Shown here in pieces: positions 10,870-24,429 of a stretch of 64,000 bases of DNA. Location of the stretch: contig NC_086097.1 of NCBI RefSeq assembly GCF_963921235.1, forward strand, positions 6,138,001 to 6,202,000. The letters are read 5' to 3'. Source of the DNA: Mobula hypostoma. Its lineage: Eukaryota. How positions within the stretch are numbered: position 1 is the stretch's first letter; each line of letters opens with the position of its first letter. Below the pieces are notes generated by a model. That model made no database searches, was not told where the DNA came from, and saw only the letters and a program-made list of their open reading frames with translations. The position numbers were made by a program, and so were the translations under genes.

Positions 10870-11538
10870 TGTAAGGGGGTTTCGTCTCTTATGTGACTGT
10901 GTAGGCTAATTAAAATGGCTTCTTTGTTATGTTAAATGCTGAGAAAGTCCTCCCGCTAGCAGTCTGTTGAATCATGTTACTGATAAGATGTTATGAACCA
11001 TTTGGGACAGTTGTTATGTTTTTGGTGTATTTGAAAATACTGTATGCGTGGGGTTTTGGGGGAGAAGGCAGGAAAGAGAGACAGAGGATGGACCAGGTAC
11101 TGTGATGTCCGTTAACAGGGTCGGACCCCAAGCGGGTCGTTCGGCGAGGAGAGGAGACAGAGACAAATTCGTGTGGAGTGTCTGGTCGACCACCGTTGTT
11201 GGTCCCAGGCAGCCGGTCGAGGTGGTCCGAGGGGTTGCAGGGTGAAGAAGAAGGGTCCTGAGCTCCAACTATTTGTGCACGAAGAGATTGAACTTTGATA
11301 ATTGTGGCGCCTTTTATTTTCCTTTTATATTTTATTCTCTATTAATTATATAGTTCCAGTAATATCTATAAACCGTAAATCATTTAATCGTATCTGGTGT
11401 ATTGTCTGTTATTTGGGCAGGGTGAGGTACATCACACAGCATCCACACAAACTGATTACCCAGTTTGGTGGGGCCGAGGGCTGTTTCCCCTAGACGACAG
11501 CGAGCTGAGCGACCCTGGGGCTGGCCAGGTGGGCCACA
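10870..11538 (+). mobile_element. Solo LTR related to the Gypsy LTRs, opposite orientation
   Basis: TG...CA; tata TSD at 10866-10869 and 11539-11542; reverse-complement homology to 8734-9445. Confidence 0.93.
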
Positions 11539-12180
11539 TATAGGATACTAATCACTTCTTAGTGTGCATCTGTCCATAACATCCCTTTCCCCGACCCTGG
11601 CTAAGTTGGAGGAAGTGATTGATAAGTCTAAGTGACTACAAGTATTCTTTATAATATTAAATCTGGTAGGCCTTCTGTCGTTTAGCAGTACCATGTTGTA
11701 TTTATCTAGAAACTCCTCTACTACCACTCCATTATTATCTTTACTTTCACTACACCATACGGGAATATGGGCATTGAAATCTCCTACCCAGGTTACTGGG
11801 GATCTTACCTTATTCATAATTTCATCAAGATCTGATAACATTATCATATTACATGATTATAAAAGTTAATCAAAGTTGTTTGACCACGAGAGCTCCAAAC
11901 CTCCACAGGCACAATTTCAAGGTTAGAATTAAAATCAAGTCTTCTAAACTGGAGTCCTGTTTTTTTATGAAAGTTGCACACCCTCCACCAGATTTACCCA
12001 TTCTGTCAACTCTCAAACTATCATATCCAGGGATCACAAAATCTAAATGAGGCTTTAACCATGTCTCCTGTATACAGATCAAATCAGGCTTATCTTTAAA
12101 GTTCCAACAAATCTTCTTAATTCTTGACCATTTGCAATTAAACTTCTTGCATTCCATTGTAATATTAAAAACATTCAAAT
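11539..12180 (-). pseudogene. Nimb ORF2 AP endonuclease
   Basis: ILQWNARSL, ICIQETWL, GGGCATFI, GDFNAH, RPTRF, SHLDLSI, SD*YPI. Confidence 0.92.
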
Positions 12181-12182
12181 AC

Positions 12183-13276
12183 TAATTATTGACCTCTTCA
12201 TCCACATAAAACTCCTCCATACTCTCTGATCCTGACAACTGAGAAGTATTCAGTGATTGTTTGTCTGTCATATACTCATGTAATTTTCCTGTAAAACCTG
12301 TTTTATATCAAGGAATCTCTCTGCAGCTCCAACAACTACTTTCATCAAATCCAACCTCTCGGTTGTAGTTTTAGCTCTGACCAGTACATCAACAACAATT
12401 GCCAAAAAAGACTCTTAGTCATCAACAACATGTCTGAAAGAACCATAGTTGGAGAACGCAGAATGTGCTGACTCCCCATCGTTCCAATCTTTTCTTTACT
12501 TATCATTTCTCTCTATCAATTTTCTTTACTGCCTCCACATATGATATTTTTTGTTGGTTACTAACAACCTGAATCTGCTTTGCCTTACTAAAATACACAC
12601 ATCCTCTGAACGCCACTACATGGTTCCCTCCACAGTTACTGCATTTAGGCACTGCTGCCTTACATGCTTTAATATCATGATCCTCTCCATATTTCACACA
12701 TCTTCTTTCACCTCAACATGAACCAGCAACGTGTCCAAATCTCTGGCAATTATAACAGTGCAAGGGAGGTCTAATACATCTTCTAACTTGATAAGACATG
12801 CACCCAAGATAGACTCCAGTTAGAGGAACGTCACCTGCAAAAACCAGAAGAACAGGAGAATCCCAGTTAGCACCTTCTCTCGATTTTAATCGTTTGGCTT
12901 CAATCACTCGACCACCTTTAATATTGTCCAAAGTTTCCTTTTCAGTTATGCCAGACCAAATACCATACACTAGCCCCCTAACTCCCTTCCTTTCTTTCGG
13001 AGTAATACACTCCATTTTCTCAACCAATTTTCCCACCGTTTTAGCACTGCTATATTGGTCAACATCTTTGCAACAAATTTTCAGCAGTCCATTAGACAAA
13101 ATCTTGGCCTGGACTCCTTTACCCATTTGGTTCTCTAATGCTGCCATTTTCAAGGGATTAAAGGCTCTACATCCTCCTTCCCCTTCCTTCTGACCTTTAA
13201 ATTTATACTGAACAATAAATTCCTCCAAGTCACCCATTTCCTCAATTTGTCCCCCATTACATTGGGTCTTTCAATT
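12183..13276 (-). pseudogene. Nimb ORF1 (gag-like, zinc knuckles); N-terminus continues at 15928-16010
   Basis: PLHCYNCQRFGHVAGSC and KCSNCGGNH. Confidence 0.9.
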
Positions 13277-15927
13277 AGAACCATAGAACCATAGAAACTA
13301 CAGCACAGAAACAGGCCCTTTGGCCCTTCTTGGCTGTGCCGAACCATTTTTTGCCTAGTCCCACTGACCTGCACATGGACCATATCCCTCCATACACCTC
13401 CCATCCATGTATCTGTCCAATTTATTCTTAAATGTTAAAAAAGAACCCGCATTTACCACCTCGTCTGGCAGCTCATTCCATACTCCCACCACTCTCTGTG
13501 TGAAGAAGCCCCCCCCTAATGTTCCCTTTAAACTTTTCCCCCCTCACCCTTAACCCATGTCCTCTGGTTTTTTTCTCCCTTTGCCTCAGTGGAAAAAGCC
13601 TGCTTGCATTCACTCTATCTATACCCATCATAATTTTATATACCTCTATCAAATCTCCCCTCATTCTTCTACGCTCCAGGGAATAAAGTCCTAACCTATT
13701 CAACCTTTCTCTGTAACTGAGTTTCTCAAGTCCCGGCAACATCCTTGTAAACCTTCTCTGCACTCTTTCAACCTTATTTATATCCTTCCTTTAATTTGGT
13801 GACCAAAACTGAACACAATACTCCAGATTCGGCCTCACCAATGCCTTATACAACCTCATCATAACATTCCAGCTCTTATACTCAATACTTCGATTAATAA
13901 AGACCAATGTACCAAAAGCTATCTTTACAACCCTATCTACCTGTGACACCACTTTTAGGGAATTTTGTATCTGTATTCCCAGATCCCTCTGTTCCACTGC
14001 ACTCCTCAGTGCCTTACCATTAACCCTGTATGTTCTACCTTGGTTTGTCCTTCCAACGTGCAATACCTCACACTTGTCAGTATTAAACTCCATTTGCCAT
14101 TTTTCAGCCCATTTTTCCAGCTGGTCCAAGTCCCTCTGCAGACTCTGAAAACCTTCCTCACTGTCTACTACACCTCCAATCTTTGTATCATCAGCAAACT
14201 TGCTGATCCAATTTACCACATTATCATCCAGATCATTGATATAGATGACAAATAACAATGGACCCAGCACTGATTCCTGTGGCACACCACTAGTCACAGG
14301 CCTTCACTCAGAGAAGCAATTTTCTACCACCACCCTCTGGCTTCTTCCATCGAGCCAATGTCCAATCCAATTTACCACCTCTCCATGTATACCTAGCGAC
14401 TGAATTTTCCTAACTAACCTCCCATGAGGGACCTTGTCAAAGGCCTTACTGAAGTCCATGTAGACAATATCCACTGCCTTCCCTTCATCCACTTTCCTGG
14501 TAACCTCCTCGAAGAACTCCAACAGATTGGTCAAACGTGACCTACCACTCACAAAGCCATGTTGACTCTCCCTAATAAGCCCCTGTCTATCCAAATGCTT
14601 ATAGATTCTGTCTCTTAGTACTCCCTCCAATAACATACCTACTACTGACGTTAAACTCACTGGCCTATAATTTCCCGGATTACTTTTCGATCCTTTTTTA
14701 AACAACGGAACAACATGAGCCACTCTCCAATCCTCCGGCACTTCACCCGTAGACAGCGACATTTTAAATATTTCTGCCAGGGCCTCCACAATTTCAACAC
14801 TAGTCTCCTTCAAGGTCCGAGAGAACACCCTGTCAGGTCCCGGGGATTTATCCACTTTAATTTTCCTCAAAACAGCAAACACCTCCTCCTTTTCAATCTG
14901 TACAGTTTCCATGGTCTCACTACTTGATTCCCTCAATTCCATAGATTTCATGCCAGCTTCCTTAGTAAATACAGACGCAAAAACCTATTTAAGATCTCCC
15001 CCATTTCCTTTGGTTCCGCACAAAGCCGACCACTCTGATCTTCAAGAGGACCAATTTTATCCCTTACAATCCTTTTGCTCTTAATATACTTGTAAAAGCT
15101 CTTTGGATTATCCTTCACTTTGACTGCCAAGGCAACATCATGTCTTCTTTTTGCCCTCCTGATTTCTTTTCTTAAGTATTTTCTTGCACTTCTTATATTC
15201 CTCAAGCACCTGATTTACCCCCTGTTTCCTATACATTTCATACAACTCCCTCTTCTTCTTTATTAGAGTTGCAATATCCCTAGAGAACCAAGGTTCCTTA
15301 TTCCTATTTAATCTGTCTTTAATCCTGACAGGAACATACAAACTCTGCACTCTCAAAATTTCCCCTTTGAAGGCCTCCCACCTACCAATCACATCTTTGC
15401 CAGAGAACAACCTGTCCCAATCCACGCTTTTTAGATCCTTTCTCATTTCTTCAAATTTGGCTTTCTTCCAGTTCAGAACCTCAACCCTAGGACCAGATCT
15501 ATCCCTGTCCATGATCAAATTGAAACTAATGGCGTTATGATCACTGGAACCAAAGTGCTTCCCTACACAGACTTCCGTCACTTGTCCTAATTCGTTTCCT
15601 AACAGGAGATCCAATATTGCATCCCCTCTAGTTGGTCCCTCTATATACTGATTTAGGAAACTTTCCTGAACACATTTTACAAACTCTAAACCATCTAGAC
15701 CCCTAACAGTATGGGAGTCCCAATCAATGTATGGAAAATTAAAATCCCCTACCACCACAACTTTATGTTTCCTACAGTTATCTGCTATCTCTCTGTAGAT
15801 TTGCTCTTCCAAGTCTCGTTGACTATTGGGTGGTCTGTAATACAATCCCACTAATGTGGCCATACCTTTCCTGTTTCTCAGCTCCACCCATAAGGACTCA
15901 GTAGACAAGCCCTCTAATCTGTCCTGC
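13277..15927 (-). mobile_element. CR1 LINE, 5'-truncated, relatively young, nested in Nimb ORF1
   Basis: EN (YYRPP, GDFN, SDH) and RT (SQHGF, DFSKAFDKV, GVPQ, FADD) in long frameshifted ORFs; 8-bp repeat tail. Confidence 0.95.
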
Positions 15928-16479
15928 ACCCTTGATGCACCCTTTTTTTTGGCTACCCTTACTTCTGGAGTATTCCACAGTCTCTCACCCTCCTCCTTCA
16001 ATCTCAACCCCCGCCCCCCTTTGCAGCCAAAGGCTACAAACTAACTCTTTCCAAACACACTGGGCTGAATAAGGGGAAAAAAATAAATTAATAAAATACA
16101 AAAAATTAAACAATGAGGCCAACCAAAAGTTAAGGGACACCATGACTGACCAAAATTGAGCAGCGCCTTGACATCCAGTATCTGAGGTGGTCCAACAATA
16201 ACCCAAACCCCAAACCAACTACTCAGCACCACAACAATCTAACCTGCGAATCTGATTTCACGCAACAGTGATTAACAGAATGTACGGAGTGGCATGTGAG
16301 GCTAATAATGGAGTAATTGGAGATGGGATGTGATTTGGTAAACTTGATTAAAGATCATTGGGCTTGCTACAGGACAGTATCCAGGTCCTTGGAGTCTGAT
16401 TCCTTATTTTCACCTATGTCTGCAGAATGGTGAAGTGCCACATTTTGTCAGGAAGATTGACAAGACACGGTATATACTC

Positions 16480-17375
16480 AAAGGGCATAAATATAAAAGT
16501 GTTACAAGAACGGAGACTCTTGGGGGGACTTCTGTATCATTCATTGGTCTGGTCAGGATAACGTAGGATGCTGGGCTTTATAAATAGGGCCATCTAATCA
16601 CTAAAGTAAGGGAATCACGGACCTCTATAGACTGCTGAAGAATTCTGTCCATTTCTGAGCCACCTACATTAGCAAGTAGTTTGGTTAAGGTGCAGAAGAG
16701 ATCTATCAAATTGATTCCAGTGATAAGGGACTTCAGTGTTGTGGATAGACTGGAGAATAGTATTGAATAGAACTTTATTGTCATTGCTCAAAGCAATGAG
16801 ATTGTGGTGCTATTCCAGTCCATGCAAAACAGGTATTTACAATGCATGCACTATGGCTTAATTAAAATAAATTCCATATATTCATGCAACAAGTGATTTT
16901 GATATTCCATAACAGTCAAAAGCCATTGGCAAGCTAGGGTATAACATTATTCAGTTTTACAATAGCCCTCAGGAAGCTGTTTTTCAGTCTCACTGTTTTT
17001 GCTAAGATGTTTTGGTATCTCTGAATAGTGGATATAGTGAGGACATCTGAAATAACAAAGGATATAGAAAATGATGAACTCCTCATTGGTAACAGACCTA
17101 AAAGCTAGAGGAGAAAGAATAAAATGTAATTTGCAAAGGAACCAACAGTGACAGAAAGTGAATGCTTTTAAATGTGAATAATTGGGAGATCAAGCATCCA
17201 CTGCAAATTGTAGAATGGAGGCAGGTTCAACAGTATAACTTAAAAGGGAGTTGAATTTTCAGGGCTATAGGGAGAGGGTAGAGGAATGGAGCTCACTAGC
17301 CTGGTGTTTTATAGAAGCAGTTCAGACTTGATGGGCTGAATGGCCTTTAATCCTACTGTGACCATTCTGTGATTC
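16480..17375 (+). mobile_element. Old CR1 3' remnant, interrupted by a minus-strand LINE tail at about 16760-17020
   Basis: Degenerate similarity to CR1 3' ends (gacttgatgggctgaatggcct). Confidence 0.5.
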
Positions 17376-17391
17376 TTTGTTTTATGTACTT

Positions 17392-17438
17392 TGAGATCAT
17401 CTTGGCCAAATGTATGAGATCATCTTGGCCAAACGTAG
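17392..17438. repeat. 23-bp tandem duplication
   Basis: tgagatcatcttggccaaa(t/c)gta twice. Confidence 0.9.
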
Positions 17439-17799
17439 ATTGATCATGTCTTCCCATCTCGTCGATTCTAGCCTCTAATCCATATTGGAAATTTCATGTG
17501 CCTTCTCTTGCCATGATCTACCATCCTTTCTAGCTGCTGAATCCTCCTCAAATTTTACACCTGTCTCTGCTTCAATGCTGCCCCTTTTAAGAGCTGCAGG
17601 TTGGCTTCTGTTCTGATTTCCTGGTTTGGGATGTTATAAGATGGCTACTATATTGGAGTCTGAACTCAAATCAGTTACAAAGAGCACCTCCAGAGTTAAT
17701 GTAGTGACAGCTGATTGGGTATTGAAATCATGACCATGAGGTCATAGTATGAATTTTTAGTATGTTGATACCTGGTCAAAGATGCAGAGTTAAATGGGT

Positions 17800-19083
17800 G
17801 CAACACACACAAAATGCTGGAGAAACTCAGCAAGCCAGGCAACATCTGTGGAAAAAAGTACAGTTGACATTTTGGGCCAAATCCTTTCAGCAGTACTGGA
17901 GAAAAAAGAGGTGAAGAGTAAATTTAAAAGGTGGAGGGAGAGGAGAGAGAAACACAGGTGACAGGTGAAACGTGGGGGAGGAATGAAGTAAAAAGCTGAG
18001 CAGTTAATTAGTGGAAGAGACAGATGGCCATGGAAGAAATAAAAAGGGGGGAGGAGCACCAGAGGGAGGCGATGTGCAAGCGAGGAGACGAGGTGAGAGA
18101 GGGAAAAGGGGATGGGAATGGAGAGGTGGGAGAGGGGGCATTACCAGAAGTTTGAGAAATCAATGTTCATGCCATCAGGTTGGAGGCTATCCAAACAGAA
18201 TACAAGTTGTTATTCCTCCAACCTGAGTGTGGCCACATCATGACAGTGGAGGAGGCCATGGATGACATATCGGAATGGGAAGTGGAATTAAAACGGGTGG
18301 CCACCAGGAGATCCGGCTTGTTCTGGCAGATGGAGCGTAGATGCTCAGCGAAGTGGTCTCCCAATCTACGCCAGGTCTCACCAATTTTCAAGAGGCCATG
18401 TCGGTAACACCAAACACAGTATGTGACCCCAGTAGACTCACAGGTGAAGTGTCGCCTCACCTGGAAGGAATGTTTAGGGTCCTGAATGGTAGTGAGAGAG
18501 GAAGTATAGGGATCTCCCAGTGGCAACCCATTTTAATTCCACTTCACATTCCCATTCTGATACGTCCGTCCACAGCCTCCTCCACTGTCGTGATGGGGCC
18601 ACACTTAGGTTGGAGGAACAACACCATACATTCCATTTGGGTAGCCTCCAACATGATGGCATGAACATCAATTTCTCAAACTTCCCTGCAATGCCCCCCA
18701 AACCATCCCCACTTCTCCATTTCCCATCCCCCTTTCCCTCTCTCACCTTATCTCCTTGCCCACCCATTGCATCCCTCTGGTGCCCTTCCCCCCTTTTACT
18801 TCCTTCCCCTTCCATGGCCTTCTGTCTCTTTCACGAGTCAACTTCACAGCTCTTTACTTCATCCCTGCCCCTCCAGGTTTCACCTGTCATCTGGTGTTTC
18901 TTTCTCCCCTGCCCCCCACCTTTTAAATCTACTTCTCAGCATTTTTTCTCCAGTGCTGCTGAATGGTTTTGGCCTGAAACGTCAACTGTAGTTTTTTCAC
19001 AGATGCTGCCCGGCCTGCTGAGTTCCTCCAACATTTTGTGTGTGTTGCTTGGATTTCCAGCATCTACAGATTTTGTCTTTTTT
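17800..19083. mobile_element. Penelope inverted pair (minus arm 17800-18508, plus arm 18509-19083)
   Basis: Both arms carry the GIY-YIG C-terminus and 3' UTR, tails pointing outward. Confidence 0.88.
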
Positions 19084-19149
19084 GAGGTTAATTGGCATTG
19101 ATTTCCAGCATACGCTTTCAGCACTCTCCTCTTTTGCCACCCAGATTTC

Positions 19150-19571
19150 TAAACACAAAATACACTGCAGATGCTGGGGTCAAAGCAACACTCACAACAC
19201 GCTGGAGGAACTCAGCAGGTCAGGCAGCATCTGTGGAAATGATCAGTCAACATTTCGGGCCGGAACCCTTCATCAGGACTGAAGGGGGAAGGGGCAGAGG
19301 CCCTATAAAGAAGGTGGGGGGAGGGTGGGAAGGAGAAGGCTGGTAGGTTCCAGGTGAAAAACCGGTAAGGGGAAAGATAAAGGGGTGGGGGAGGGAGACA
19401 GGGAGGGGATAGGCAGGAAAGATGAAGAAGGAATAGGGGAAAACACAATGGGTAGTAGAAGGAGGTGGAACCATGAGGGAGGTGATAGGCAGCTGGGGGA
19501 GGGGCAGAGTGAAACTGGAATAGGGGGAGGGAGGGGGAGGGGACTACCAGAAGTTGGAGATTTCAATGTTC
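19150..19571 (-). mobile_element. Penelope 3' UTR fragment
   Basis: Homologous to 54650-54997. Confidence 0.88.
19244..19281 (-). ncRNA. Hammerhead ribozyme motif (variant)
   Basis: CAGTC-CTGATGA-agggttccggccc-GAAA-tgtt-GACTG. Confidence 0.65.
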
Positions 19572-19755
19572 AAAAAAGATCTCTAAATAATGATAACCAA
19601 TTAAAATGCTTTTAATTGCTATACTTTGTCCTAAATTGAAACTTAGGGAGGCATATTTACTGATTAGTATTTGAGAACTTATTTATTTCAATTGGTCAAG
19701 TCATAATCAGCTTTCTTTTTGATTGGTCTGCTTGCTGCTTCACAAACAAACTTAC

Positions 19756-19795
19756 TGACTGGTGCTGAGTTTGGATCATACGGCTGCTGTAACAT
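19756..19795 (-). CDS. Candidate host exon (40 nt)
   Basis: ttctgttcaAG / GTAAGT; reads MLQQPYDPNSAPV; phase-compatible with neighbouring candidates. Confidence 0.25.
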
Positions 19796-20242
19796 CTTGA
19801 ACAGAATGCTATTTATGCTTTAACACTAACAATAGAATTTAACAGGAATAGTGCAGTTCATGTGTGGCAGGGAGAGGAAATTTATTTGGCAGGAAGGGTC
19901 TGTGCAGATCAGAATATGACAAAAAGCTCACTAATTACATCTTCTATGATCACATTGTAGTGCCAATAATGAGAAGGCCTGTGACCTTGTCAAGAAGGTG
20001 GATGGGTCCTGGTTCCCTGTATAATTGGATAGTTGATTAAATGCTTGCAAAATATGGCCACCATTCCCCTGTATGTATGGCCTGTAGATCCTTGAGACTT
20101 TTGATATACTATTAAAACTCAGTTGAAATTGAAGCTGATGGCCTTTAATTGTAAGGAGAATCTCAAATACGTCTGGTTCCACTTTATGACGTTATTCTAT
20201 ACAGGACTCCATTTGGAGAGCTCCATCTATCGCAAATGCTTT

Positions 20243-20562
20243 ATCACAAGATCACAAGACAAAGGAGCAGGAGTAGGCCATTCAGCCCATCAAGTCTACT
20301 CCGCCACTCCACCATGAGCTGAACTATTCTCCTATCTAGTTCCAATTTCCAGCTTTTTCCCCACATCCCTTGATACCTTGACTAATTAGATACCTATCAA
20401 TCTCCTCCTTAAAGACCCTTAATGATCAGGCCTCCCCAGCTGTATGTGGCAACGAATTCCATAAATCCATCACCCTCTGGCTAAAAAAATTTCTCCTCAT
20501 CTCTGTTTTAAATGGATACCCTCTAATTCTAAGACTGTGGCCTCTTGTCCTGGACTCACCCA
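20243..20562 (-). mobile_element. CR1 3' fragment
   Basis: (atcacaag)n tail and CR1 3' UTR/ORF2 end. Confidence 0.85.
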
Positions 20563-20569
20563 ATTTATC

Positions 20570-21115
20570 ACCTAATTTTCCCTAATTTGGAGTATTGTGT
20601 GCTGTTTTGGTCACCTACCAACAGGAAGGAGTACAGAGAAAATTTACAAAGTTGTTGCTGGGTCTTGAAGATCTGAGTTATAAGGAAAGATTGAATAGGT
20701 TGGGACTTTATTCCTTGAAGTGTTGAAGACTGAGAGGAGATTTGATAGAGGTATACAAAACTATGAGGGGATAGATCGGATAAATACAGGTAGGCCTTTT
20801 CCACTGAGGTTGGGTGAGACAACAACTACAGGTCATGGGTTAAGGTTGAAAAGATAAATGTTTAAGGGGAACATGAGGGGGATCTTCTTCGCTCAGAGGG
20901 TTGTGAGAGAGTGAATCGATCTTCCACATCAAATGGTGCATTCAAGCTCGACTGCAATGATTAAGAGAAGTTTGGCTAGGTATATCAATGGTAGGGGTAT
21001 GGAGTGCTGTGGTGCTGCTGCAGGTCAATGGAAATAGGTAGTTTAATTAATTCAGCACCAACTAGATGGGCCAAAGAGCCTTTTTCTGTGCTGTTCTTTT
21101 CTATGACTCTATGAC
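20570..21115 (+). mobile_element. CR1 3' fragment
   Basis: PNLEYCVLFWSP-like start; ctatgactctatga tail. Confidence 0.85.
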
Positions 21116-21944
21116 CAGTCAAGATGACATCATAAGTGCACAATGGAGTGTTGTTTCTGCTAAGTGCTCGTGCTTGTATTGAAAAGGCCAACAGAGAGCA
21201 CTTAGCTACCTGGCTGGTAGGGACCCAGCAGAAACGAGCAGCCAGCATGACAGCCAACCAATCAGAACATCGACTTGGACCAATATCAACATGAGAACTC
21301 GGACACTCAATTGCACATTGATGATGTCGCCTCAACCAGTAATTAAATGTTTGTGACCTAATCTCCAGGCAATCCTACAAATAAGCAGCCAAACTGAGCT
21401 ACCAATCTTCTCTTTCATTTCAAACTCCATCTATCCCAAGAAGAGGCAAACCATTCCATATGCGTGGCTGAGTAATTGCTGGGAATGGGATTTTTCTTGG
21501 CATTGACCTGGATATGAGAAAAGTCAAACACGCTGTGTATAGCAATTAACAGAGCTAGTGTGGATATGCTTCCCCATAGAGCATCAGTTTACTTTCAAGC
21601 TTCCTACAGAATAAACAGCTTGATTTTCACATGGCAAAATATTGCATCACTTCACTTTGGCATTGCTGAACAAAATTTAACAGGAAACTGCACAAGATGT
21701 TTGGAAAATGACCAAAAGCTTGCTCAAAAAGAAGGGTTTAACCGAGAACAATGGAAGGCAAAGAGTTGAAGAGCACTGAGGACTGAAATGACTGAATTTC
21801 AGAACATCAGGCCTTGGGAGTTTCAACTCACTGCTACCAAGGGTGAAGTGATGAATACCAAGTAATAAAGGAGCTCAGAGATCTTATCAAGTTTTTGGGC
21901 TGTGGGAAGTAACAGTGATGGAGATCTAGGAATCCACAGCGAGA

Positions 21945-22680
21945 TTTAGAACATAGAAAATATAACAATAACACACAGGAACAGGTCCTCTGGGCCACAA
22001 TGTAGTGCCGAACCAAATAAATTATGGCCAGCTAAACTAATCCCTTCTATTTACACAATATCTATATTGCTCCATTTTCCTCACTTCTGTGTGCCTATCT
22101 AACTGTCTCAAAGACCCCAAAGTATCTGTCTCTACCTCCACCCCAGGCAGTGTATTCCAATCACCTGCTACTCTCTGTATAGAAAAAAAAAACCTGCCCC
22201 TCACATCTCCTTTGAAATTATCCCCTCTCATCTTAAATGCATGCCCTCCTGTATAAGACATTTCAACCCTGGGAAAAAGATACTGTCTACTCTATCTATG
22301 CCTCTCATAATCTTATAAACCTCTATTAGATTTTCCCTCAGCCTCCAACGCTCCAGAGAAAGCAACCCAAGTCTGTCCAACCTTCACTATAGCATATGCC
22401 CTCTAATCTAGGGAACATTCTGCTAAACCTCTTTGGCACCTTCCAAGATGGGGAAACCATAACTGTTGCAATACTCCAGATGTGGCCTGACTAGAGTTTT
22501 ATAAAGTTGCAACATTACTTCCTGGCTTTTGAACTCAGTGCCTTGGCTGATAAAGTCAAGCATGCCATATGCTTTCTTAACCACCCTATCAAGCTGAAGG
22601 GAGATATGAAATTAGACCCCAAGATGCCTCTTCTCATCAATACTGCTAAGGTTCTTGCCCTTAACAGTGTAACATCTCTT
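21945..22680 (-). mobile_element. CR1 3' fragment
   Basis: Homologous to 13277-14000. Confidence 0.8.
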
Positions 22681-23061
22681 TATTCTATTTGAAAACTTGG
22701 GGCTGCATGGGCTATCTGATACTGATAGGTGCATTAAGGACCTAATCTGCTCCATTCTAATTTCTATGATAGATTTACGGATTAGAAGCACTTGCCAAAA
22801 AATTAATATGGCAACCCAAAGTATATTTCAACAACAGAATTTTGGATGCCTAGATTCAGACAACTGAATATTTTTGGACCTGTGTACAGCTCATGCAAAG
22901 CTTTTCTGATATGTTTGACATGACCATATCATCACCCATCATTACAGGGTTGAAATAAGAGTATAGGTCACAATAAATACATTTCTTTGCTTATGCTTCC
23001 AAGAGGGCCATTAAGTACTTCTGCTGTGCCTAAAGGACTATTTTACAACAATGTTCCTCAC

Positions 23062-23175
23062 TTGGTCTTCAGTCCCAACTCCCAAAAATCTCTTTTCTGA
23101 TATGAACACTGAGAGATTTTTGTGTTTAAGAGATCCAGCTTTCCTAACGTCTTGTTCTAAAAGTTGCTGTTTACG
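23062..23175 (-). CDS. Candidate host exon (114 nt)
   Basis: gctcac...tttatgatttAG / GTgagg; phase 0-0, open: RKQQLLEQDVRKAGSLKHKNLSVFISEKRFLGVGTEDQ. Confidence 0.35.
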
Positions 23176-23559
23176 CTAAATCATAAACTGTGAGCAAACT
23201 CATCACAAAGGTAGATGGTGAAACATGACTGAAGTGAACACGTGTACATTCATTCTTCAATGCACATTTATCTGTTTCCAGACTGAAGATTCAAACAGAT
23301 GGTCCACAAGTAGCTATGCATTGATTGCAGATAGATCTAGGCATTATGGATGATGTTGTTGAGGCTGAAGGAGCTCCCCATGGAACAGAGGACACTGATG
23401 AAGAAGCAGATGGTGTGAGGTTGGAGAATTAGTGACATTGGTTGATTTGTAATTATTCCTTCTCTGTCTGTGCTTCTAAAAGATTGCAAAGGTGTACAAA
23501 CCCTGAAACTCCATCTTTAGTTCAGCACTTGTATATTAACAGATCGGAGTGCAAGCTTA

Positions 23560-24200
23560 AGTTCAAATTCAAGTTCAATTGTCATTCAACCATTCATGAA
23601 TACCCATTAATACAATCAAACAAAGCAACATTCATCTGGGGCCAAGGTGAAAAACACAGAACTGACAGTTTCACACAGCACACGGCACAAATAGCACATG
23701 TAATTATGATAGGAGAAAAACAAATAGTTGCCAAAAAGAAGAAGAAAATAATAATATAGCTCAATTTCTTGAGTGTCCTGGCCCGAAAATTGATAGTGCA
23801 TGGGCTGTTGTCCTGGAGCCGTGTTTCTGCAAGATCAAGCCTGCTACAACTCCTCGTCTTGCACTGTGCAGTGGCAGGCGAACACATTCCAGCTTGCCTT
23901 CTACCGAGCAGACACTGGAGAGCAGCTCCGACAGGAGGATCAGCCTCCAACCTGACCGGGAATCCAATGGCTCACAGCCGGGTCAGGCATCCCCTTCCTT
24001 GGCAGCCGCCACAGGAGCCCCCGAGGCATGAACTTGGGTGTGATCCATGCCACAACCGAGGCCACACAGCTCCCTACTATCAGTATCACCAATGAACCAG
24101 TGATTCAGACTTGCAGTATGCTGTATTACCAATGTCCAACAGGGTCTTGTGCTCATAACAAAAGAATCCAAGACAATCACTCGCACCATCCATTGTATCA
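23560..24200 (-). mobile_element. Rex1/L2-related degenerate element
   Basis: tgacaat plus (ttgaac)-like tail; YEHKTLLDIG resembles Rex1/L2 5' peptides. Confidence 0.45.
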
Positions 24201-24429
24201 TGTAGTGAGTTCCTTTCTGAAGAATGACGCAAGATGGTGCAGAACAAATCCAGTTCCGCTGCTATCCTGCAACTCGCTAGTGTGGTGGAACTTGATGTTC
24301 TTGTAACCATCAGAATCTGGCAATCCTTAAAAAAAAACATAAGGCATGAACAATTACACCTTTGTTTTGACCCAGAGAGTCCACTGCATCCAAGTGTGCT
24401 GCTACTTTAGCAGAAATCTAGAGGTAGTG

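Larger units (their letters stand above)
2236..16270 (-). mobile_element. Nimb-clade (I-group) LINE, near full length, degenerate, with five nested insertions
   Basis: ORF1 with CCHC knuckles, then ORF2 APE-RT-RNase H-Cys motif in colinear order; (GAA)n 3' tail at 2236-2259. Confidence 0.88.
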
